Source: Balanoglossus misakiensis (taxonomy: Eukaryota; Animalia; Hemichordata). From it: DNA of 64,000 nucleotides. Made by a program: the position numbers and the translations under genes. Location of the stretch: NCBI GenBank assembly GCA_040954595.2, contig CM082592.2, positions 6,993,677 through 7,057,676 of the forward strand. Reading direction: 5' to 3'. Under the pieces are notes generated by a model. That model had not been told where the DNA came from. It ran no database searches and was given only the letters and a program-made list of their open reading frames with translations. This document shows positions 13,814 through 24,005 of this stretch, one piece after another (within the stretch, counting starts at the first letter, position 1; the number at the start of each line of letters is the position of its first letter).

Positions 13814-14082
13814 TTAGCTGATGAACTGAGCAAAATTCTGAACATTTTTTACCAGAAATTATGCCTACTGACACTTAAGCTGAAATATATAAATATATGG
13901 ACGGTTTTATTCAACTTTTTTTATGTTTTCCGCGAATGTAATGCAAGTCGTCGTCAGCAAGAATACGCTCTGGGCGCGCGCGCGACGGAGCCAAACGAGC
14001 GCTGCTAGTGTTACCCTGGTGTTGGCGTATCATTTCATCCCCTGCGGACAGGCTTCTGTCGCACTAAACATGCCTGTCACTC

Positions 14083-14103
14083 AGAGAGAGAGAGAGAGAG
14101 AGA
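14083..14103. repeat. (AG)n microsatellite
   Basis: About 10 perfect AG units. Confidence 0.9.
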
Positions 14104-15038
14104 ATTCTATAAGAATCACTGTGTCACTCATTCAACAGTTAAGCCCAAAGAGGCAAATAGCCAGTAGAAGTCCCCCAAAGTACACGGGACTTGGAAAGAA
14201 TGCGTTTTCGTAAGAAACAGAGTCAGCCCAGGGTAGGTTTTACATGTAATGGTCTTATATGAACTAAGTACCTATTTTTTTCTTCTAGAGATTTAATGCC
14301 CATCTATTAGTAAAGAAATATCAAGCTTTGTAGCCTATTATTTTGCCATTTTTGCTAAACTTCATGACAAATTCAGCAGAAACAGAGCTCGCTGGGATAG
14401 GTCCAGTGCCTGCTCGGGTTAAGAGTGTAGGATGCCAATAGCGGTCATCGGAATTGGTCCACATCCCGGGGGACGGGCTTCTCCTCCGGTCTTTCGTGTT
14501 TATCTCAGCTCAAGTCGGGATGATGTAGAAACTCACAGATCTCATACATAATTATGTCGTGTAGTTCACAAAAAAAACGCAATCTTGACGGCCTAGCCGG
14601 AGATACCTATTGTATCAACCAGTTTGTTCACGTGAGGGGATCGACAGGCACCAAACAATTACGTTAATGTCAATCAAAGTATGTGGTGCGCCGCCCGGCG
14701 CGGGTCAGCGTCGTCTTTACCCACAATGCACCGTGTTTAAATGGCGTTCCACACTGGTGGGTGCCCACAGTGGAGGAAATATATGACAGGCGTTTGTACA
14801 ACATACAGCTCTTTCAAGGCGTGTCTCTCTTATGTGGCTGCACGTTCGCCATTACCACCGCCACGCGATGGCGTTTACACATGACGACGTTCAAATTACA
14901 TATCACACACCCCAGCTGCACTCGCAAATACCAGGACAAAATACCGAACTCAAATCTTAGTTCAAGTTTCATCTGATTACGAAAAGGCAGGGAAATTATA
15001 AAACCTGAGCACATGATTTTAATTAATGATAGACTCAC

Positions 15039-15306
15039 GTGACCGTGCTGATCGAGGTTGTTGTTCGTCAGCTTCATCTTGTGAAAAGTGACCACCTGTT
15101 TCATCCAGACGGCTCCGGTGGCCGGCGAGTCCGGGTGGATGTAGAGCCTGCCCGGCATATGCGGCTCGGCCTTGCCGGTCACCACCCACTCCGAGTTGTG
15201 GTACTTGTAGCGCGTGTCGTCAACAGGCACGATGTCCATCAGCATGATGTACTTGGCGTGCGGGTCCAGGCCCGTCACGCTGGCGCGGAAAGTGGGGAAC
15301 ATCCGC
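15039..15306 (-). CDS. Tbx6/16: Tbx6/16-like coding exon 3 (T-box core, 268 nt)
   Basis: Acceptor tttcttacag|G. Encodes [89 protein letters not shown]. Donor CAC|GTGAGT. Confidence 0.97.
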
Positions 15307-18300
15307 CTGTAAGAAAAAGTCATACGCGTGACGTCATGAAAAGTGTAAATCTTTTTTTGTGTGGTGCTTGTATACTTTTGGAAATGCGGAGTGTTAAACA
15401 AACCTTGCATCAAAATAAACATAAAACACGTCGAGAAATTCTACTTCAGCATCTTAGGTCAGTGTTTTGACGCAAGTGTCTTCATTGAAAGCGCCACACG
15501 ACAGGTCACGCTGCCAATATGGCCGCTGAACTCGCACTGTCACTGCATTACCATGATACAATCGGTTAAAATCCAGTGTGCTTTATAGTTCAAGGTTTAC
15601 AACGCTGTAAAGCAGCTGTCTATAAAACATAAGCCGAAAATCTTTTCACCTACTGATCAATTTGTTGCCCACCTAATTAACACAACAGTGGAAATTTTGG
15701 CAGTTACATGTTATACACGCGTAGCAGTAAAGAGTCCATGACGCAGAAATTGGTCGGTGCACGCGGGTATTACACAGTGCGTGTTTTCCATCGTGAATTT
15801 TGAATTTTTTACACGGAGCAGATTGAATTCGAGATTTTTTCCACATCCTGTCCCGAGAATGTCATTGTCGCCATGGAAACCCTTTATTGTGCGTTTAATA
15901 ACATAGCACGCAATAACTCATGCTATATTCGGTCCATATCCCGATATTCTTCGGTTTCGGTAGTTCTTTTTTTTACCAAATCCGGCGACGCTAACTGAAT
16001 ATTGAAAAACGCTTAACGCACGCGAGATAGTCATTAATAAATAATTCAGTTAGAAGCACCCACTCCATCGTGTCACTTTCCTCAGATCAAATCATCTTTG
16101 TCATTTTAAGTTTAGTATTAAAGTCATTCTATATGATATTTACGGCGGCCAGTTTTCGTTAGCGTGTACCTATACGGAACAAGTGACACGAAGCCGTTGT
16201 AATCGTTCTCCAAGCTAAAACATGACACGCCGTTTTATTGGTCGTCTAGTCGCTTATAACATCTGTTCTTAGGCACAACCTGTCGGCTGACTAATATCTG
16301 CTTTCAATGTAGATGCGACTCCGATGGCGTTAATTTCTCTTCGTACAAACATTAAGTCGTCGAACGGTGACAGATTTCAAGTTACAGTGTTCTAAGAGTA
16401 TTCTATGGGTTAAACCAAGACGCATCGCAAAATTCAACTTGGCGGTGTAAGTCGAAAACAGTAGCTGGTCTGGAATTCAAGCGCTGCGCTATAAACATGA
16501 CATATTTAATCCGAAAAATATGCCATTGTAAAAATCATCATTTGAAATGAATAAGCTAGTTATGCATGTTAGGACTCTGGTGTTTCGTTTCGGCTGTGGA
16601 CAGGGGAGTATTCAGAAGTTGTGTTTAGTTATACGCCTAGTCTCATCCCCGCAACAGAAACCACCTGTTGATTGACACAAGCGAATTTATGCAAATTATT
16701 CCATGCCCCTAATCAATCTGGAAAACAAACATAAAAGTTTTTTTTTTCTCTCACATAAGTGGCACGCCCTTTCACTCACAATGGGGCGATCGGTTACATC
16801 ATGTAAACACATAGAGAAATCTGTTTTATTTGTGTTTGCTCTAATCGCATAATTAAGAACGCCGCATTCCGCTCATATATAAGCTTACCCCGACGCGATT
16901 TTGCTCACAAACCGTGACTTATAGGCAAATGTTTCGCACAAAACCGAACACTTCTGATGCCCGGTCCCTGTCCCATTATTAATGATGGCTGCCGCGGAGG
17001 GACGGTATATGAGAACTTCAATGTACGAAATTTCGCCAAAATGTGCGGTGCAAGACGAATCCATAAATCCACCTCAGAAATAAAATTGTTATGCACACAA
17101 CAAAATTATTTGTCTAACGGATTAAAGGCAAACGATCACGCCCTATGTTGTCGAACGCGGCCATTTTCCTTCGTATCACTCGGCCGCATTGTTCTAAACC
17201 GACACTTTTGGCTCTATTGTTTATTTAGCAGAAATGACAGTTAAACAAATACATTAACTCGACTATATAACATCTAAACGCATCACAAACAAAGAAACAA
17301 AAGTAGGTTTGGTTGTGAATGGATCACAAAAGTTAAACACAGCGAAGTCCGAAATCTTGTTTCGCGAACATTAATCTTCAAGCCTTGTGTTACTTATACT
17401 ATACGTACAGTACAAAACACTACTTTGCAAGGGCTATATACCGTTTCAGCCGAACCTCGTCAGAAATGACAGATTTTTGCATAGAGGATGTTGCCTGTGG
17501 TTTTCATGAGCCCTGTTGCTGTTTTTTTATTGCTGGGTTCGACTTTTATGGCCGCGCTTTCATGGAAGTATCGCCCATTGTTCGGCTGTGTTGATTAGCG
17601 TTCATTCCTCAGAAGTGTCGCGGTTCTTGGGAGAAGGCGTTAAGAAGACGAGGACAAGTGCGATATGTATAGCCCCTGCCATTCGCGGGCTTTCTAAACG
17701 TTTGCACGACAGATTAAGTGTAAAGAAAAACAGCAGTTTTTTGTCACTTGGTGACACAACTTTCACGAAAACAACAATTCTTGTTTTTTCTGACAATATA
17801 TCGGTGACACCTGCTGGAATTGAGGTGATAATCGCTCTTCAAGCTGCAGTTCGAGTCGCGAGAAACTGCGCTTTAAAAGTCGATACATGTACGAATTGAG
17901 GATATTTTGAGAGAGAGAGGGGGGGGAGAGAGAGAACCACTGATGTACTCGCACTACACAATCAAAGACGCTCAAGTACAAGGCACATGTTTTACTACAA
18001 CATCGATCGACAAACGAACTTTCTTCCGGACAAAACCTCGCACTCGATTTTATATTGAACATAGATAGAGCGCAGCATCGGGTTATACACGCGAGCAATG
18101 ATAAGATTATGATTCATTTTTAAACACCGAATATTCCCAGGACGGTGAAAACATAAAGACGTTTAATGAGGAACAAAGAACACTGCAAACTGCCCGCGAG
18201 AACTTGAATGATAAGGCGGTCTGACTTCAACAGCATCCTTGCCGATTTCCATACTTCGGCGTTCCAATTAAATCATCGTCGGAGCGGTGAATACGAGGTA

Positions 18301-21300
18301 CATGATAGCTAATCATTCTATTAAAACTTTCAACAATCGTGCTACGTCAGATGGACACGAAAGTGTCAAATTCAACAGATCTCCGTATCGATTTCCCCAC
18401 TGTTCGCCCGCGCCCGCCAATTCCCTTTGTCTTGGAAGAATCATCGCGCCGCGCGCGGGCCTCTCCTCGCGACTACTTGTAAAATTAATACATATTCGCC
18501 ACAATACTGTGGTGTTAACAAGATTGAAATATGTTGCACGGGTGTGATTCGCTCGGCAACCTGTAGATGTTTCGCAAAAAAAAATTAATGTGGTGAAAAG
18601 GGACCACGTACAGTAGCCTCTGGCCAAGAAGAGAGCGGTTTGCTGTTTGTCAAATTTTCAACATTGTGCTCAACAAGTTGCGCGGAGAATGTCGATTCCT
18701 TTTCGATATAGGCCTATACCAGCGGCGTTTACATATAAGTCGTTGGATTTTTCAAGATGGAAAAGTCAATCTGGCATCACTTTTAATAATTTGAAATAAA
18801 CTCGTGACCAAACGCGCGAGCCTCGTTCCTGGAGTTGTCATCACGCAGATGGACAAGTGACTTGAAAAATCTAACAGCCGTTGACAGCGTTCCTCGGATC
18901 CACGAAGTTGCCGCGTGGTTTTGATACCAAAATGTGCAACTGTTATGTGGTCGATTGAGCAATAATTTACTGATCCAACTGCCTTTCTGATAACAGAAGA
19001 CGGACACCAGCCTCAAGAGGTTATAAGGACACCGTACTAGTAGTCCCCCTTGAACTCGGAACTGTTTACCCGACGGGGTTCGACTTCTCAGTTCTGCGGT
19101 GTGTAATTTCAAAGAGGATGAAATTCTGCGGCTTTACCCGAAACTTCAGGACGAACAATAGACCCGGTGCCCCCTTGACAGTGAACAAAGCCCCCGTGAG
19201 AGAGCGCCTTCGGTATCAGGGTCGGTTTCGAACCGTGCATGGGATTAAAGTTTCGCCAAAATGAATGACTGCGGTCCACGGGTAATGTTTCCCGCGCTTG
19301 GGAAATGTTTAAAACAGACGAAAGCCGATTTTTTCCCGCGCAGACGATGAAGTTTTACACAATTTTTTTTCACGTTCACCTGCAGGGCCGGAACCAAACA
19401 ATAGGACACACAGCATCCAGTTTTATTGTTGCGCGTTCATTGATAATGCTTTGCTGAGAAATTCAATATCACACAATCATAGAAGGTCGCCTTCAATTCC
19501 GAGCATTTGATATTTTTCCCCGAGTGCTCAGACGGGAAAGCGACATTCAGCGCAAATTTCGAAAACGAACCGCCCTTGGACATGCGACGAAAAGTCTTTA
19601 ATATTAATGCCTATTAATTGAACTTATGAGAAATATGAAATGTTTAAAATGTCGAAACAGTTACACGTGCACTTCCGCGGTGGAAGAGAATGTTTCAACA
19701 CCCAGGTCGAATCGGGTATGGAGTGTTTCAAACGCGAAATCTCTTGCGAATAAGGGGTAAGTTGAACAACAAGAACGGCCTGGATGAAAACAGTTACAGT
19801 TTTGAATGCTATCAGTGGCCTAAATGAACATAAAGTAAGCGAAAATCCATGACATGGTGGGATTACATTTGACATGATGGAACTAACAACGTTTGGCTCA
19901 GAAAGTGTAGTCAACGGGAGACGGCAAGGGTATAACAATGCCGTATTCTCCATTTTGCGTTTGGCTGTCGCGAGGTTGGCAGTGTCAAACAAATTTTATC
20001 GTAAGCAAATATGGATCGGTTTCCGAGATCACACACCGGCGACGATTTTTTGTATTTGCTCCCGTGTTTTGACTTTGATGAATGACTGCTGTTCTAGGAA
20101 GGGAATTTGTCACCATCTTGGGTATTTCATATTCCCATTATGATCATGTGTATTGATGGGCTTTCGCGTCGCCGTCGTATGTTGAAGTGTTATCACCAAC
20201 ACTCGTCCTTCTCTCAGTCGTGCACCCAGAACACAAATTGTCGTCTGCGCGAAATTTTCGTCTAATTTCTCCGTCTTTTTGGGACAATGTTATCTTTAAT
20301 TAAAGTTAAACCCCTTTTCGGCGATTTTTATCAGCGATGGCTTAATGAGAGGGTAAACACGGCAAATTGTAACTTTGCCATCGGATATGTAAAAATGCCC
20401 GTCTGAATTTGGTATACCATTAATTTCAATACTGCCGAGGCTGTAAAATTTCGACGGGTTTCCATGACGGGACCAGATCACTTTGCTGTCGGGGATGCAT
20501 GCATCCAATGCTTTATTTCCAAGCTAATATTTCCTTCTTTCGAACTGATCATTATTAATCGATATCGTCGCAGACTTGCTGCAGATGACACTTGTGAATT
20601 AGTAGCGTAAAGGAGCAGACGAGTTGTTTTACACGTAACGTTTGCACTTGGCCCGAGGCGGTGGGGCGATCTCACTCATCCGGCACGGCTGAAGTGTCTC
20701 TTTTGCCTATTGTTCCCGAAGTATAGGTGGCCCACTTTGGAAACATTTTTTTATGCCGTCCCCCCGATCCATGGGTTCTTATTTTCCCTGAATTACCCCA
20801 TTTGTAAGTACGTCCACCACAATGACACAAATAAGTGAAGCGGGACGAACTTTGCCAGATTGCAGACATTAAGATGGGATGGTCGGCCATACAATAGCTG
20901 TTCGAATAAAAGCTCCAATTAATTGGTATTAGTCCCGACTCCGTACTTGAGACAGGCATTGTCGCGTGTGTGTAGGCGGTGGTCATTCTTGGCCATACGC
21001 GATCGATGGCCGGCCCTTTTCTATTCAGCCTAAGATGATACTCGCCAAAATCTGCTATAAATGATTATTATTTGTATTCAAGTACAAAAATGCACCTCGC
21101 TGTATACTGTTGCGTTTTACAGTGTTGTGATGCCTTTAAAAACGCGACCGACAACTTCAAGAAATCTCGCGTCAACCGGCGCTGAACTTCTATCGTCTGA
21201 TCAGAAACGGAACGGAACGCGACGTCGCCAACCGAATAGTTCAGTAGAAAAAATGGCTCCATTTCTGAAATCTCGAACAAAACTAAGGCAACATTTTCAC

Positions 21301-22322
21301 AAACCATTAAGCAATGCCGTGCGATACTAAAGCGAACCGTGATCGGCAAAAACAAGCCATCAGCGGTGTTAAAACGTTAGAGCCAATATTAACATAGCGC
21401 CAGGGAGTCTGTCAAGTCCATACCAGTCCAACCGATCCACTTTCCCTGAGCTCATCTTCGCAAACAAAACGAAGAATTTTCGGAGCTTCTTATCATAGAA
21501 TTGTCGTGTCTGTTCGGCCCGGTTGGGTACGCAGCTCTGAACAATGCCACCGAGACAGACCAATTCCAAATAATTTGGGCTCAGACTTTTTGAGAATGGG
21601 TGATTTCACCGGCGTTTAGTTCACGGCTACTCAGGGCGCTGTCCGTGCGTCCCAGCCGTGGATCAGCCGGTACAGAACCGGTCAATCGTTTTCTCTTCGC
21701 GTGTCGTCTGCGCGTTTTTCTGCTCAAAATATGCCACAGTTACACGCACATTTCTGGGGCAAAACACACAACTCAAGCAGAATTTAAATAATTTTAAAAG
21801 GGGAATTTAAAAAGGGACTCCACCCAAACGTGTTTGGGTCGACTCGGTAGACCACGACCAATCGCTCGTCGAAGACGCGAATACCGAAACTCGGCCCCTT
21901 GTCCGCGTTCAGAGACAGTCGATTCAAAACTCTCCCATATCCGGGAGGTCTCTCATTTTTTAAATAAATGCGGGACTTTGTTAAATTTGTGAGAAGTCGT
22001 CACGGAGATTTTCTAAATTACGAAAAACGATGTTTGCTGAGATATACCACGATAAAGATGATGATATCGCGCAGGTCGTCGCGCTATTACTAAATCCCAG
22101 ACAATTACGACGGAACTAAATCGAAACCGGCTGTCGTGTCGGGTATACACATACAGGCTCTTTGGCACATAAACGCACATTTTCGCGATGTTTGGTCAAA
22201 ACTGTAACTCAGGTAGCGATACATTTCACCACCTCCTTTCTGTGTGTCCTCGATGCTCGTTCATTTAAAACATTGCAAAATCGGCCAACTTTTTTTTGAC
22301 TTGTGAGAAATATTTGACTTGC
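15307..22322 (-). other. Non-canonical GC-AG intron (intron 2 of the Tbx6/16-like gene)
   Basis: Donor AG|GCAAGT falls at the conserved T-box GR^RMFP intron position. Only this junction keeps the reading frame. Confidence 0.9.
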
Positions 22323-22530
22323 CTGCCAGCTTTTGTGATGATCATCTCGGTGCCGATTTTGTGGAACTTCTCCCACAGCTCCTTCCCTTCCAGGGTCACT
22401 TTGATATCCTTGTTTTGAACGGTGGCGGCGGGTATGGTCGGGTGGCCCGGCCCGGCCATCATGTGCTGCGGCTTGTGATCGATGTGGCCGGGCAGCGGAG
22501 GAAAGTCCCCGAAATGGTGACGTCCGCGAT
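22323..22530 (-). CDS. Tbx6/16: Tbx6/16-like coding exon 2 (start of T-box domain)
   Basis: Polypyrimidine tract then acacag| acceptor. Encodes (D)[68 protein letters not shown](R), the canonical T-box N-terminus. Ends at AG|GCAAGT, a GC donor. Confidence 0.95.
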
Positions 22531-22637
22531 CTGTGTGGTACAGAAGACAGAGAGAAAAAAAGAATGTTACTCTGTTCCGCTGTTTTGGGCGAGCTTCGGG
22601 TGTGAGGACAGAAATATAAAGATGGATTTGTTTTTAC

Positions 22638-22779
22638 CTGCGAATGCTAGGTGATCACTGCTTACACATTGCTGCATTTGTAAGCCATGGTAGGAAAACC
22701 CTCGCGGAGGCGAGACGATACTGTTGATGCTAAACGCGCGAGCACGGTGACTCAGTATGTCTTCACTTTCGTACATCAT
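22638..22779 (-). CDS. Tbx6/16: T-box transcription factor (Tbx6/16-like), coding exon 1, containing an eh1 motif
   Basis: Start context AAAAATGATG. Translates MMYESEDILSHRARAFSINSIVSPPRGFSYHGLQMQQCVSSDHLAFA plus 1 nt. Donor CAG|GTAAAA at 22638/22637. The phase-1 end joins exon 2 in frame. No ATG on this strand in the 260 nt upstream. Confidence 0.85.
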
Positions 22780-23029
22780 TTTTGGAGAAGAAGAAAAAAC
22801 TTCAAAACTGTCGTGGACCACAGTGTCGAACCTCTCACTCCGGGCACAGGGCAAGAGAGACCTCGGACGCAGGTAGCCGCTATCTGTAAACACAGTCAGG
22901 TATATATATGTATGTATGTATATATACGGATGGCTGGACGCGACGGTCGATAGTGGTCCTTGTGTTGTGATAGGGCGGTCGGTCGGCCGGCCGCTGTGTG
23001 TGTTTTGATGTGTGTGTTCAGTAACCACT

Positions 23030-23290
23030 ATCTAGACTGAAAAGAACGGCAGCCCCTCTCATTCAAATGCCCTACTTCAATTAAAGACCTATTATTTAGG
23101 GGATAGCTTTGATGACACCAGCACGGTTGTTTTTTGTCAACACCAAGGCATACAATTGGCATTCAGTTCTGCCAATCACGGTCTCGGAAAACGTTTGCCG
23201 GCTAGGCGGCGCATTCATGTCGTTCCGGGGCGTCATCACTTGTCCCGGATCCTGCATAAATTATGACGGCGGAAAGCCAATCGGGCCAGG
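23030..23290 (-). promoter_or_regulatory. Candidate proximal promoter of the Tbx6/16-like gene
   Basis: Initiator-like TCAGTC (minus, 23040-23035). CCAAT boxes at 23155-23159, 23172-23176 and 23277-23281. TCF-type CTTTGAT (23107-23113) overlapping a T-box half-site-like TGACACC (23113-23119). Confidence 0.5.
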
Positions 23291-23889
23291 TAGACACAAA
23301 TCGTTTATTTTTTTCTGTTTCTTTAAACGACGATGTTTAAAGCTTACACTTTTCGCGAGTTTTGTTGATAGAATATGATACAAATTGCACTGCAGGTTTC
23401 TCTGCATGCGGATCGGCCGGTTTCGCGAGCGCGAGAAAATACGTCGTCACATTGAAAAAGAGTCGACAGGCAGGGTAAAATGTTCGACAAAACCCCGGAG
23501 ATAAAAAAAGCACATTGGTAAGAAAAATAGCATATAAGCACGGTCGCTCCACCGACCGTGATGTAAGATCAGTTAACATAAGATAGAATGTATTTAAAGA
23601 AAAAAAATAAATGTATGAATTCCTCATTTAAATGTGTCATCGTCACAGGGTTCTCTAAGCTCGGAGTGGACGAGAATAAGTGATAGATATCGCCAGACGA
23701 AACTGTGAAAAATACCATGATCCTCTATTCTTATGTGTTTCAATGTGCAGACAGCAGGGCTGATAAATTTGTGAAGCTGTCGGCACTAGCCGCGCGTTTT
23801 TTGAGCCGTGAAGAAAGTTTCGCAATTTGACGAACAGGACACCTCCGCCAATGATGAATAAAAGTGACTGAAAAGGCATAATAAGCAGT

Positions 23890-24005
23890 ACGTCTCTCTG
23901 TTGATCTCTTCATCTATCTGTCTTTCTGCGTTTCTCTCTCCCACCCCTACCCCTGCCTCTCTCTCTCTCTGTGTGTGTCTGTCTCTCTGCCCCTCTATCT
24001 CTCTC
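23890..24005. repeat. CT/GT-rich simple repeat tract
   Basis: Mixed (CT)n, (GT)n and (CTGT)n units. Confidence 0.8.

Noticed and set aside
9920-15336. Perfect CRE palindromes TGACGTCA next to T-box exons 4 (9920-9927) and 3 (15329-15336)
   Set aside because: Only three copies were noticed in the window (the third at 35341), which is compatible with chance in CpG-rich DNA.
15039-15470. 143-aa plus-strand ORF
   Set aside because: Antisense shadow of T-box exon 3, caused by its codon bias.
19200-19290. B-box-like GGTTCGAAACC on the minus strand (tRNA or SINE)
   Set aside because: No convincing A box, only a 3-bp T-stem, and no cloverleaf.
22315-22322. Canonical GT donor 4 nt into intron 2 as the main donor
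   Set aside because: It would add 4 nt and frameshift the invariant GRRMFP motif.
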